Positions 42,201 to 54,944 of a stretch of DNA of 64,000 nt are shown here, piece after piece. The DNA comes from Macrostomum lignano. Taxonomy: Eukaryota. The first letter of the stretch is position 1. The number at the start of each line of letters is the position of its first letter. The notes under the pieces are model-generated. The model did not search any database. It worked only from the letters and a program-made list of their open reading frames with translations, and was not told the origin of the DNA. A program made the translations under genes and the position numbers. The DNA is taken from assembly GCA_002269645.1 (NCBI GenBank), contig NIVC01003766.1, positions 1 to 64,000 of the forward strand. Direction: 5' to 3'.

Positions 42201-45200
42201 GTTGATAAAATCAATCCCCATAAAGAATCTCCCCACCCTAAAACCCCCTATTCCCCACGCCCTGGTAGTTGGTTTTAAGCTACAACCCCCCCCCCCTATT
42301 AGAATTGGAATTTATCAACACAATCTTGAATAGGTCTCCATGCCCTTATTCAAGTTTATGTTGATAAAACCAATCCTCATGAAGAATCTCCCCACCCTAA
42401 AACCCCCCATTCCCCATGCCCCAGTGGTTGGCTTTAAGCTACATATAATTGGGTTAAAGCTACTTAAAAATGGAGCTCAAATTTGAAATCAGCACAATCA
42501 AAAACCCCTGTAGAGACAAAATTATGATCCTATCAAAAGTGAAACTATTTTATCAACATAAACTTGAAGAAGTCCAAAAATTTGTCAATGTATTAGAAAA
42601 CAAAAAGTGCTAATAAAAAGAATTTACATGCCAATTTTCTATTAAAGAAAATATTATTATGTACAAAGTTTTAGTATTCTACCAAATTGTGCTAATTATT
42701 TTTTGTCTTACGCTGTACTACACTAGATTTTTCTCCCTTATGCCAGAATATGCTAGTGCAGCATATGTCCAACCCTTTTTAGTGCAAATTTTTTTATGAA
42801 AAAGGCCATCTTTTTATCTATAGCTCATAGTGATAGCCTTGTTTTGCTAGTTTTTCCTACTTTCTCTTTTATCTTTTCTTAGTCCATACCATTATCCAAT
42901 AATACATTGAGTCTAATTCCTCTCCTTAGCTCCTCCAAGTGTGGCAGTCTCGGTGTGTGGCAGTCTTGGTCTTATACTGGGATTTTGATATATTATATGC
43001 CATGTAAACCACGGTTTGGATCATGTAGTATACGCCAGAACAAGAATCTTATCTCAGCTAAATGTATACCAGTGTATGCCAAAAACAAAAAATTCCCTAA
43101 AATGTACACCAAAAATTCCTCCTAAAAAGGTCATTCAGTTTTCACAAGTAGAGTTTTCTAAGAAAGGCTTTTGTACAAATTTTTTTTCAAATTACGAATA
43201 TTTTCATTTTAAACAAACTTAAATTTAACCTACAAAAAAGAATACAAAATTTACATTCTTAGCAATAATTTACACAAGTTTTATTCATTGTTAATTTTTA
43301 AAAAGCAAAAAGTTTATTACTGATTTTCTAGACTATACAAACTTTCCTTCATTTTATGTAAAAACTAAAAAGGGTTAATTTATATTACAATTTTTATATA
43401 TGGCATGAATAATTGAATATATTCACCAAAATTAGTATGCCAAAAATTTCTCAAGCTCAAAGTGGTACGCCAAAGTGGTACGCCAAAATAGCCAAACTTT
43501 TCAATGGTACACTGGAAAATTCCAGCTTACATGTAACCTTCTTGGGCATTTCCGCCAAATAGGGACACAAATTGTGTCCGAGTGTGCAAAGAAGAAGAAA
43601 AATGTTGAAAACAGGAAATCTAACTAGAATTTGTTATTAAATTTCTTTTTTTATCTTGTAGAAGCACAAGAAATTTTCTGGTAACAATAAAAAGTTGCCG
43701 ATAAAAGTTATACTGATCTAAGAAGATTATTAATACCGTAGGAGAATAAAATTTTATATTGAGGCGTAATTGCTTGCTTATAATTAATTTTCTTTTAGTC
43801 AATAATTTTTTAATTGTTTCTTAATGCTTTTAATCAACTTTTTAATTCAGATTTTGTTATTTTTGCGCATAAGTTCACACGATATTTTTTAACTTTGTCA
43901 AAATGTTTTTTTTCTGCGCGATATACCGAACGTAAATCTCTAATTTTACTTTTCAGTAACTAGCCGATCACCGTAATTATTCAGAAGTTCCAGTGCAACT
44001 TTGCAAGCAGCAAGAAATGCATATGCTTCCACAATCTAGAGAAAGTTTTTCTGAAGCAATATTACAAGTAAATGTGGGGAAAATTGATTTAGTACTATGT
44101 AAATTAATATCTACATACTATAGTGCAAAATGTAAATTACATTTTTATTGATAAATAAACAAGAAATTAATGTGAAACTGTTTTATTTTCCAGCTTTTAT
44201 ACTTAATGATAGTATTGTAAGACTGATTTTGAGAAAAAAAACTAGCAAAAAATAAAATAAAGGGTACAACATGAAAATACATCTCGTGTAAGTAGTGTGC
44301 TTACTACATTTAAATGTTAATATTTAAGGTATTTTGACAGATTAAGGTTCAGCAGACCACTTTTTGTGAAGCTCTGTATGTCAGCAATCCATAAATATAT
44401 CATTTTCAGCTAATAAAAAGCACTAAAAAAAATTATTGGGTACAACATGAGTACAATCTTGTGGTTAAGATGTCACATCGAAAAAAATTAATGTCTTAGA
44501 AAAATGTATTAAGCAAATTCTATTGCTAAAAAATATACTGATACATCATCGCAAAGATGTTTTCCTTCATTTAAGCTAAAAAACGTGTAGATTGAAAGCC
44601 TTATGAGTAAATGAGAGGGTACAACATGAGTACAAATGATACAAAAACTTACCGTTTATAATTTTTGGTATAGCAAGAAAACTGACAAAAATCAATGACT
44701 TCTTGCAAGTGTTGTGACGAAAAGGAATGATTTTAACAAAGTTTAATGTGTTTTTTTCATGAATCAAAGAGAATTAATATAAAGAATGTTTTTTTCGCTC
44801 TTTTATTCAATGTTGAAGTTAAAAATTGTGTGTTTGGACATCCAAAAAAGTGGCGTCTATGTAAGTTTAAAATGGTTTATTCAACATTAATTTTGCGATT
44901 AACAATCTTTAAATAGCTTTAAATTGAGCAAAAGTGGTTGTATTTTTTAGTTTAAGTCCTTGTTTGACTTCAATTAGCTGGCCTAAGCTACAATTCATCA
45001 TTTTCTGTTTATTGAAGTGTAATTTTCCGTTAGTGCCTAATTGGCGGAAATGCCCTCTTGGGTGTGGTATGTATACCGCTTTTTGTATATTTTTTGCTTA
45101 TGAAGTTATGTGCACCAGAATTTTCTAATATAATATATATTGTGAGCTAGGTATGGAATATAGTTTATACTACACATAATATATAACAAAAATTTCCTGT

Positions 45201-45798
45201 TTTTTATATTTGTATAATAGTTTTTTATTTATGACAATCATGTTATTATAAATATGAATTATAAAAATTTTTTAAAAATACCTTTTAAAACTTAAAGTAG
45301 GCTTACTCTGTAGGATTTAAGGACAGACAAACCTTAGAGATTTAGTATATTGTGATGATAAGTTCTAGTTTTTTCCCTGGCCTATGCATAATCATAGGAA
45401 ATGATTGTAGGGCCTAATACATTTTTTTGTTAAAAAATTAGTTACAAAAGTAAAGCTACTAGAAAAGTTAATTAAAAAGAATGGCACTTGGACTTATGTA
45501 TCATTTCGATTTTCCTGGACTGGCCGTGGCCTAACTAAAATTAAAAATATTATGTATGTTTTAAAGCTATAGGCCTAATCTATATACAAGCTTAAGGTTA
45601 GCAGACTGACTCTGAGTTAGAAATTTTTGTGGTAGTAAATTTTTTTCTTAATAAAGTTAACTCCATTTAAATTAGAAAACTAAATATTACAGAGTTACAT
45701 ATTTTTTTAATTCATACAAGATAGATGACGAACACTTACATCATCCGCCGCAATTTGTGCTTGTAAAATCGGATGTTTCTCGAACATATAAAAGACAT
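33294..45798 (-). CDS. KIAA2013: KIAA2013 / DUF2152 membrane protein homologue; exons 45798-45740, 37349-37246, 37147-36896, 36804-36746, 36130-36038, 35498-34896, 33986-33294
   Basis: All junctions join in phase. N-terminal anchor SKKTIFILLCLSILPLYLLY, motifs YIGNGYF and YAHRSIPYLLVQEI, and C-terminal TM FWIGLILLLLVFHLFLFKLVYSE, which resembles the family FHLFLFKLIYNEY. Exon 1 is the least certain. Confidence 0.88.
34195..34700. repeat. CTTAGATC-based minisatellite (17-24-bp subunits, about 41-bp higher order) in the last intron of KIAA2013
   Basis: Direct reading. Confidence 0.92.
35630..35945 (-). mobile_element. tRNA-derived CORE-type SINE
   Basis: The minus strand carries an A box TAGCCTAGTGG, a B box GGTTCGAATC, a CORE-like GTGTCCTTGAGCAAGACACTTAAC...TGTAAAAATGGG and an ATAATT tail. 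Confidence 0.85.
38751..39110 (+). mobile_element. tRNA-headed SINE (second family)
   Basis: A box TAGCCCAGCGG, degenerate B box GGCTCAATTCC (38799), a body shared with 22145-22300 and an A-rich end. Confidence 0.75.
39583..40382. mobile_element. Tc1/mariner non-autonomous element with about 208-bp TIRs
   Basis: TA|CGAGGGGTGTCCCAAAAG...CTTTTGGGACACCCCTCG|TA. The arms 39583-39791 and about 40176-40382 are near-perfect inverted copies. Confidence 0.93.
41470..42578. mobile_element. Non-autonomous TIR element (33-bp TIR) with an internal direct duplication of about 170 bp
   Basis: TTTGGACTTCTTCAAGTTTATGTTGATAAAATA (41470-41502) is the exact inverse of 42546-42578. Direct repeats lie at about 42120-42285 and 42285-42440. 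No TSD was resolved. Confidence 0.7.
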
Positions 45799-46991
45799 AA
45801 ATTACAGTTATGCTTAAGCAAACAATGTCAAATGTAATGTTTACATTTGTAGATAACAAATATTTTCATTACGCTGCATAACTACAGGCAACAATATGCA
45901 CCGAAATTATTGACCCTAGAGCGCAGCACAACTACATACTGAGGAACAACGGTAACGTAGAAAACTAAATTGAATTGGTGGGAAGCGTTTGGGCAAATAA
46001 ATGTATACGTATTTTAAATTTTATAAAGTAAAACAAAATGTTTAGGCTGACAGACGGTTTTAAATTTTTTTGCATTAAGGCGTATTTTCTATAAAGTTAA
46101 CTCCAGGTTTTATATTTAGCTAATAAACAGCTGTTTTTTAATAAATAAATTTGCTCTTTCGTTTCGTTTGTTTGATAATCTGCGCTACTCTTAGCATTCG
46201 TCGTATTTCGATAAAGTGAACAGGAACGCTAGATACCTTTAAGATTTTTAATTAGCATTAAAGTCGTCTAGCAATCTGTGGTAGTATATTATCCCGAAGA
46301 AAAATCTTCCACCTACCACACTGTACAAGCTGTAGTACACAATATATGTATACTATACGTATTCTACAATGCCAAAGGACTACTCAAACAGATGGACGAA
46401 AAACTACGTTTCTTGGAAAATTTAGAGGCAGGTTTTCAAAACAATACATTACGGAGATAGGAATTTTCCATTTTGTCAGCACAAAAACTTTTATATTGCT
46501 TTCGATTGGATGCAGACTCAGAATGTGGATCTTTTTGATATGTTGTTCACGTGCCTTTCTTATATAGCTCTAATTGATATTCACAGAGCTTTCTCGCTGA
46601 CAAAATTTGCGAGATTGCATATTGATGGTTTTTACATGCATCTCTTTTTTCATCCCTTCTTTATAGCCTTGCACATTACATATATGCATGTATTGTTACA
46701 CAGTCAGCTATACGAATTTCGGGTGACTTTTTCGTTTTACAAATGTACTGCCATACATGTATGTACAGCAGTATTGAGGCACCAATTTATTTAGCTGGCG
46801 CCAGCACCAATGGCCGTCAATTAAGGGGCGTCATTCTTTTAACTTTTGCTATTTAACGTCGTGGCCTTACCCTTCGTATACCATGTGCCTCGAATCGTTT
46901 ACGTTTATCGAATAATAATAATAAAAATTGCTATAGCTACTTCTATTACTATATTAGGAGTATAACAATTGCAATTGCTTACACTGTGTGA

Positions 46992-47330
46992 CAGGGGCGT
47001 CGCCACCTGGGGGACGGGGGGGCATGCCAATGCTTTGTCCCTCCACCCAACCTTAAAGGTGAACCGTTATGTAAATCAACAATTTTGCTTCAGGACGACA
47101 AAAAATATAGCTTGCAGGCCGCGCTAAGATGAGTGTCTGCGGCGTCAAAATAAATGCCTGTACGGCGCCAAAATGAGTGCCTGCTGAGCAAAAAAAGAGT
47201 GCCTACTGAGCAAAAAAGAGTGCCTGCTGAGCAAAAAAGAGTGCCTGCTGAGCAAAAAAGAGTGCCTGCTGAGCAAAAAAGAGTGCCTGCTGAGCAAAAA
47301 AGAGTACCTGCTGAGCAAAAAAGTTGTACT
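46992..47330 (+). mobile_element. hAT-like non-autonomous element, left part, with an internal 21-22-bp minisatellite
   Basis: Starts CAGGGGCGTCGCC. 47020-47180 is homologous to 55005-55120 (CATGCCAATGCTTTG...CCGTTATG.AAATCAA.AATTTTGCTTCAGG...GGCGCCAAAATGAGTGCCTGC). It continues as (GCTGAGCAAAAAAGAGTGCCT)n. Confidence 0.65.
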
Positions 47331-47898
47331 GCCATGCAAATAAGCGCTGACAACACGGATTCTGAAAATAATGTATTGTACATAGCTATAAAGGAGTGGA
47401 GACCCATACTCAATAGAGTCTACAAAATATTCTGAAGGATGTTTGTCTGTCTCCATTGCTCGAGATCCGCAAGCTGCAGCTAGTAGGCAGCAGCAGCGGC
47501 AGCAGAGTGGGTTATTGAAGAGTATGAAGAAGTGGCGCGCAGAATCCAATCTGCAATCTGCAGTGTGTGCCTCCGGGGGAGATGTATGAGTGGGGGTGTC
47601 GCTCTGGGGGTGGCAAGTGATGACCGCAATTGCTATCAGCTCGCTATATAGCTATATATATACTCGTAAGTATGCATGTAGACGAGAGTTTGGCTGGGGG
47701 TGGGTCAGAGCCAAAGTTGGAATTGAGCACATACACACTCTTGCAGTGTATAAAATTTGGTTGCCTGTAGGAGCGCTGCAATCGAGCGACTGATATTGGT
47801 GGGTCCGTTGGGAGCAAGCTCCCCCCAGCACCCCATCCATCCATCCAGCAGCAATATGATGTTGACAGAATTCTTTCACTCTTCAGCCTTCCGTCTTT

Positions 47899-47931
<33 letters not shown>

Positions 47932-48074
47932 TATCTTCACACGCGGTTTTTCAATCCTTGCTCTCAATATTCTGCATTCACTTGATGACTTTTCTCTCGG
48001 CTCAGCTCTGTTGGTGAGCAGTCATGTTGAAGTATAATCAATATTTTGAGGCTCAAAAAGTTTTGCTAATATTT

Positions 48075-49590
48075 CAGTGGGTCATTCTCGGGTCCGTCAC
48101 TGGGTCATCCTCAGGACCCTTAGTAGATCACCCTCGGGTCCTTTAGTGGGTCACCCTCGGGTCCTTTAGTGGATCACCCTCGGGTCCTTTAGTGGGTCAC
48201 CCTCGGGTCCTTTAGTGGGTCACCCTCGGGTCCTTTAGTGGGTCACCCTCGGGTCCTTAATGGGTCCCCTTCGGATCCTTTATTGGGTCCCCTTCGGGTC
48301 CTTTAGTGGGTCACCCTCGGGTCCTTAGTGGGTCCCCTTCGGATCCTTTAGTGGATCACCCTCGGGTCCTTTAGTGGGTCACCCTCGGATCCTTTAGTGG
48401 GTCCCCTTCGGGTCCTTTATTGGGTCCCCTTCGGGTCCTTTAGTGGGTCACCCTCGGGTCCTTAATGGGTCCCCTTCGGGTCCTTTATTGGGTCCCCTTC
48501 GGGTCCTTTAGTGGATCACCGTCGGGTCCTTTAGTGGGTCCCTTTAGTGGGTCCCCTTCGGGTCCTTTAGTGAGTCCACTTCGGGTCCTTTAGTGGGTCC
48601 CATTCGGGTCCTTTAGTGGGTCCCATTCGGGTCATTTAGTGGGTCCCATTCGGGTCCTTTGGTTGGTCCCCTTCGGGTCCTTTAGTGGGTCCCCTTCGGG
48701 TCCTTTAGTGGGTCCCCTTCGGGTCCTTTAGTGGGTCCCATTCGGGTCCTTTAGTGGGTCCCATTCGGGTCCTTTGGTTGGTCCCCTTTGGGTCCTTTAG
48801 TGGGTCCCCTTCGGGTCCTTTAGTGGGTCACCCTCGGGTCCTTAGTGGGTCCCCTTCGGATCCTTTAGTGGATCACCCTCGGGTCCTTTAGTGGGTCACC
48901 CTCGGATCCTTTAGTGGGTCCCCTTCGGGTCCTTTATTGGGTCCCCTTCGGATCCTTTAGTGGATCACCGTCGGGTCCTTAATGGGTCCCCTTCGGGTCC
49001 TTTATTGGGTCCCCTTCGGGTCCTTTAGTGGGTCACCCTCGGGTCCTTAGTGGGTCCCCTTCGGATCCTTTAGTGGATCACCCTCGGGTCCTTTAGTGGG
49101 TCACCCTCGGGTCCTTTAGTGGGTCCCCTTCGGGTCCTTTATTGGGTCCCCTTCGGGTCCTTTAGTGGGTCACCCTCGGGTCCTTAATGGGTCCCCTTCG
49201 GGTCCTTAATGGGTCCCCTTCGGGTCCTTTAGTGGATCACCGTCGGGTCCTTTAGTGGGTCCCTTTAGTGGGTCCCCTTCGGGTCCTTTAGTGAGTCCAC
49301 TTCGGGTCCTTTAGTGGGTCCCATTCGGGTCCTTTAGTGGGTCCCATTCGGGTCATTTAGTGGGTCCCATTCGGGTCCTTTGGTTGGTCCCCTTCGGGTC
49401 CTTTAGTGGGTCCCCTTCGGGTCCTTTAGTGGGTCCCATTCGGGTCCTTTAGTGGGTCCCATTCGGGTCCTTTGGTTGGTCCCCTTTGGGTCCTTTAGTG
49501 GGTCCCCTTCGGGTCCTTTAGTGGGTCCCCTTCGGGTCCTTTAGTGGGTCCCCTTCGGGTCCCCTAGTGGGTCACCCTCAGGTCCTATAA
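48075..49590. repeat. 23-bp minisatellite (CGGGTCCTTTAGTGGGTC[A/C]CCT) with a higher-order duplication of about 720 bp
   Basis: About 65 copies. The variant GTGAGTCCACTT occurs at about 48570 and 49290. Confidence 0.96.
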
Positions 49591-50124
49591 TGGGGCACCG
49601 TTAGGTCCTCGGGGGTACAGCTATGCCTAATGAGGTCCTTTTCAGAAAAATGCATAGCAATCATGCTTAGCTTAATCACAAGTCGACAGGAAAAATATTG
49701 ATAATCATAATTCATAAGTTGATCTCTAACAAGTCAGGCATACCATGGGCTCAGATCATTCCCAATCTAAATCAACCCGGATGTAACCTGAGCTTGGAAA
49801 AAACCCTCGGATTGCATAGCCTATATCGTTGCGTTGCTCAAATGGTCTAGTCGCCGCGTTTTCAAGCAAACGATAGTTTAGGTCACGAACTTGCATACCT
49901 GCAGTCCTGCAGCTTCTATCAGTCCTCCTCGATCTGTTTCCGCTTCACTAGACTCATCTATTTGTGCCTAATTTTTTCATGCAGTCCAAAGCATTGAGTA
50001 TTGATTACAAGTTGGGGCCACACTATACTGTACCTGTGCATTTGCTTGTTAGCAGTTGTTGAATAGACTAAATGCCAATTATGTAGACCTAGCAGTCATT
50101 TAAGGAAAGTTGATTATCTAACCT

Positions 50125-50890
50125 CTGAATTTCACTGTGATGGGGGCGGATAACCCCAGATTGACACTGTGATGGGGGTGGATAACCTTTGAGCTGCACT
50201 GTGATGGAGGCGGATAACCCCAGATTGACACTGTGATGGGGGCGGATAACCTTTAAGCTGCACTGTGATGGGGGCGGATAACCACTGATCTGCACTGTGA
50301 TGGGGGGCGGATAACCACTGATCTGCACTGTGATGGGGGCGGATAACCCCAGATTGGCACTGTGATGGGGGCGGATAACCCCAGATTAACACTGTGATGG
50401 GGGCGGATAACCACTGATCTGCACTGTGATGTGGGCGGATAACCACTGATCTGCACTGTGATGGGGGCGGATAACCTCTGATCTACACTGTGATGGGGGC
50501 GGATAACCACTGATCTGCACTGTGATGGGGGCGGATAACCTCTGATCTACACTGTGATGGGGGCGGATAACCTCTGATCTACACTGTGATGGGGGCGGAT
50601 AACCTCTGAATTAACCTGTGATGGGGGCGGATAACCTCTGAATTACACTGTGATGGGGGCGGATAACCTCTGAATTAACCTGTGATGGGGCGGATAACCT
50701 CTGAATTACACTGTGATGGGGCGGATAACCTCTGATCTACACTGTGATGGGGGCAGATAACCTCTGAGTTACACTGTGATGGGGCGGATAACCTCTGAAT
50801 TACACTGTGATGGGGGCGGATAACCTCTGAATTACACTGTGATGGGGCGGATAACACCCCTCTGATCGACACTGCGATGGGGCGGATAAA
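50125..50890. repeat. About 32-bp minisatellite (CTGTGATGGGGGCGGATAACCTCTGAATTACA)
   Basis: About 24 copies. Confidence 0.95.
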
Positions 50891-51329
50891 GAAATGTGAC
50901 GATGAGTCACATGCGTATTTAAAAAAAACTTTTAAACTTGCATCTACATCAGTAAATATTGTTTGTTTTTCGAACTGTCAGTTAAGAAAAGATGTCAATC
51001 AACAAGATGGAAATCAATTGTGCCAATAAAGCGGTGCAGACTAAGAGGTTTTAAGTTTTTGAGCTATTTTTGCTACAGACAGTGGAGACTTAAAATTGAA
51101 GCAATTACTATACAGACTTTAGTTAGTCGGGCTACAAGTCTAACAAGAGATAATTAAACACAGACTTTTGTTGTTCATTTCAAAGTCCAAAGTTCACTCG
51201 ATTCTTGAATTACACAGGCTGTCTTTGATAAAACTCTGTGACTATGAATAAAGCAATTATAATTCTTAAAGGCTTGATTGTTTCTCAGTCACGTTTTTCA
51301 GTTGTCTATGGCCCAACCTGTCTCTGCTG

Positions 51330-51490
51330 AGAATAGAGGAGAGAGAAGAGAGAAAAGAGAGGAAAAATAGAAAGAGATTAGATTGAGAAATGAAACAGAG
51401 AGAAGAGAGAGGAGAGTTGAAGAGACACCCAAACCTTGAGCGAGCCAGATTGCTATTGTGAAGTTTCAAAAAGATGGAGAGGCTGGATTG
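51330..51490 (-). repeat. Second (inverted) copy of the dispersed repeat at 21235
   Basis: The reverse complement TTTGAAACTTCACAATAGCAATCTGGCTCGCTCAAG is followed by a CT-rich tract. Confidence 0.7.
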
Positions 51491-52184
51491 GATTTGCATG
51501 CTACTATTATTAAAAGCAATGTTGCGACCATAGACAATTGAAAATCAGATCTTCTGCACTGCATCGATCCAGCAGTGTGTACCGCGGTACAATCGGTGCT
51601 AGACTTGTATTTTAAATAGGTATCTTATGGGGTCCAAATGAATCTATCGCTTATCAAGTAATCAGTCAGTCAGTCAGTCAGCCGGAGGTGTGCGGGAGAC
51701 TGGGAGAGTGAATGAAGCCACAGACCCCTATAGAATACATGTACAAGCTATTTCAATTCCACAGATTATTATCGCATGACTTGGCCCTAAAGAGAGAAAT
51801 CCTGAGATGGGATGAAAGGGGAAAGCGGGGGAGGGGATCGGGCGTGAGGAAGAGATTGACAAGAGTTGGGGAACATGCTCTTCAGACTTTTCCCCCCGCT
51901 GCTTGGCTTTTATTTGAAGAAGTTGTCTGCCTTCTGGGCTCTGAGTCATCGGATTACTCTGGCGTGTAGCTGCGATTACAATGGGCTATAAACTCTGAGC
52001 GGCCTTGTGGACAAGAAGCTTTAAAAAAATTGAATGAAGGTGGCGTACAATCAGCGCTTATTCATATCCTTCTCCACTCCATCAATAAGCGATTGTCAAG
52101 CCGGGGGGGGGGGGGTTCTAGAATTGGCTGTCTGGATTGCAAATCCAAATTGGCTAAACAATTGCCAAAAACAAGTAAGTAACA

Positions 52185-52795
52185 ATCGCGCAAAGAGGCG
52201 CGCAAGAATCAAAGCAGCGCGCAAGTATCAAAGCGCGTAAGTAACAAAGCGCGTAAGTAACAAAGCGTGCAGGTAACTAGACCCGCAAGAACCAAAGCAT
52301 CGCGCAAGAATCAAAGCAGCGCGCAAGTATCAAAGCGCGTAAGTAACAAAGCGCGCAAGTAACAAAGCGCGCAAGTAACAAAGCAGCGCGCAAGAACCAA
52401 GGCGCGCAAGTAACAAGCGCGCAAGAAACAAAGCGCGCAAGTATCAAAGCGCGTAAGTAACAAAGCGCGCAAGTAACAAAGCGCGCAAGTAACAAAGCGC
52501 GCAAGTAACAAAGCAGCGCGCAAGAACCAAGGCGCGCAAGTAACAAGCGCGCAAGAAACAAAGCGCGCAAGTATCAAAGCGCGTAAGTAACAAAGCGCGC
52601 AAGTAACAAAGCGCGCAAGTAACAAAGCGCGCAAGTAACAAAGCAGCGCGCAAGAACCAAGGCGCGCAAGTAACAAGCGCGCAAGAAACAAAGCGCGCAA
52701 GTATAGCAAAGCGCACAAGAACCAAAGCGCGCAAGTATAACAAAGCGCGCAAGTAACAAAGCGCGCAAGTAACAAAGCGCGCAAGAACCAAGATG
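52185..52795. repeat. About 17-bp CpG-rich minisatellite (AAAGCGCGCAAGTAAC)
   Basis: About 35 copies with roughly 120-bp higher-order blocks. Confidence 0.94.
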
Positions 52796-53529
52796 TGAAA
52801 TCATAAGCTAATGAACTGCAATCATTTCCAACTCCAAATACTCTACCCAAGCATTCCTTGATTCTATCAAAGCACACTTATACATGCGGCTATCTTTTAA
52901 AGCAGGAGCTCCACACTTCAACAGAAACAGTCGATGGCGGTCGCAATAAAAAGCCATACGCAGGTAGGCAGGTAGCTCAGGTAGGAAAAACGGAAGTCCC
53001 ATAGTTGTTTGACAGCGGAACCGCGACCAGAATCCACCCGGCATGCCTTGAGCAGGTTAGAAGCAGCTGTGAGCTATAGCAGCATATATCCTCTTATTTT
53101 TTAAAGCCGACGCTCTCCTAAAAGAAGAAATTTCAAAGCCTCAATACCGGAGCAGCGGAAGGAAGCCAGCTGACAAGCAAAAAAATGATCAAGGAAAAAA
53201 AAGCCGGGGAAGAAGTCAGAAGGCTGTGCAACAACACGCAGACTCAAGTTACGAAGGAGTTAAGGGAAAAATATTAAAAGAAGCTGAAAACTGCAAAGCA
53301 GATGTCCTGAGGAATATGGGGCCAGCAGGCATAGCCCAAATATTCATAGGGGCTGCCGGATACTGCAAATTCAATTATTGTAATAAAGTGGACAGTTGCG
53401 TGTTATAATTTATACGACTGTGTATAGAAGCTGCCTGATTTCTGTAGAACTCATGCAGGCCCACCTCACTGTGTAATGCATTGAGCTGTACAAATTATCA
53501 GTGAATTTCTATGCTTACATGTCTTTAGA

Positions 53530-54510
53530 CATGGCGCTAAAATCTAATAGATATGGCGCTAAAATCTAATAGAAATGGCACTAAAATCAAATAGATATGG
53601 CGCTAAAATCTAATAGAAATGGCGCTAAAATCTAATAGATATGGCGCTAAAATCTAATAGATATGGCGCTAAAATCTATGAGATACGGCGCTAAAATTAA
53701 GGAAATGAGAGAGAGACAGATTGCGTCAAAATAAAAGCGATGGCGCCCTAAATGAGAGCGATGGCGCCCTAAATGAAAGCGATGGCGCCCTAAATGAAAG
53801 CGATGGCGCCCTAAATGAGAGCAATGGCGCCTAAATGAGAGCGATGGCGCCTAAATGAGAGCAATGGCGCCTAAATGAGAGCGATGGCGCCTAAATGAGA
53901 GCGATGGCGCCAAAATGAAAGCGATGGCGCCCTAAATGAGAGCGATGTGCCCTAAATGAAAGCGATGTGCCCTAAATGAAAGCGATGGCGCCCTAAATGA
54001 GAGCGATGGCGCCCTAAATGAGAGCGATGTGCCCTAAATGAAAGCGATGGCGCCCTAAATGAAAGCGATGGCGCCCTAAATGAGAGCGATGTGCCCTAAA
54101 TGAAAGCGATGGCGCCCTAAATGAAAGCGATGGCGCCCTAAATGAAAGCGATGTGCCGTAAATGAAAGCGATGGCGCCCTAAATGAAAGCGATGGCGCCC
54201 TAAATGAGAGCGATGGCGCCTAAATGAGAGCGATGGCGCCAAAATAAAAGCGATGGCGCCCTAAATGAGAGCGATGGCGCCCTAAATGAAAGCGATGGCG
54301 CCCTAAATGAGAGCGATGGCGCCTAAATGAGAGCGATGGCGCCCTAAATGAGAGCGATGGCGCCTAAATGAGAGTGATGGCGCCAGAATGAGAGCGATGG
54401 CGCCTAAATGAGAGTGATGGCGCCTAAATGAGAGTGATGGCGCCAGAATGAGAGCGATGGCGCCAGAATGAGAGCGATGGCGTCGAAATGAGAGCGTGGC
54501 GCCAGAATGA
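53530..54510. repeat. Two adjacent GGCGC-core minisatellites: 22 bp (ATGGCGCTAAAATCTAATAGAT) and 20-21 bp (GATGGCGCCCTAAATGAGAGC)
   Basis: Arrays at about 53530-53700 and 53740-54510. Confidence 0.94.
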
Positions 54511-54944
54511 GAATGAGAGTCAATCCATGTCAGTTTCCTAATGCTCAAAATGTCAATAGCTTGTCTATACTGCTTCTCAGCATGGTTGATGACATTTTTA
54601 AAGAAAAAAATGGTTACTGATTTTATCTAGGCACAGACATTAGCATTTCAATAGCCGCCAGCGACACGAGGCACAAAAGACACGACTGCACAATGGCTGT
54701 TAGGATAGGAACCAAGTCCCTGTTGCCAAGGAGTCTTGTATATCCTTGTCAATATTCAAGATATTCAATTGATATCAATCAATCAAGTCGTAAGCATGCA
54801 GTGTGCGCACTGTCGTGTACTGATTGAGCAGTGGGCGAGTAACTTATAATATTAACTTAAACCTCGTTTAAAAACTCGGATTTTCACATGTGACAGTTTA
54901 GTTTCATTAGATCTGAAGAATAAAGCTCAATAACTATGTTTATA

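Noticed and set aside
52808-53408. Cys-containing short ORFs suggesting a transposase remnant
   Set aside because: No recognisable motif and no consistent frame or splice signals.
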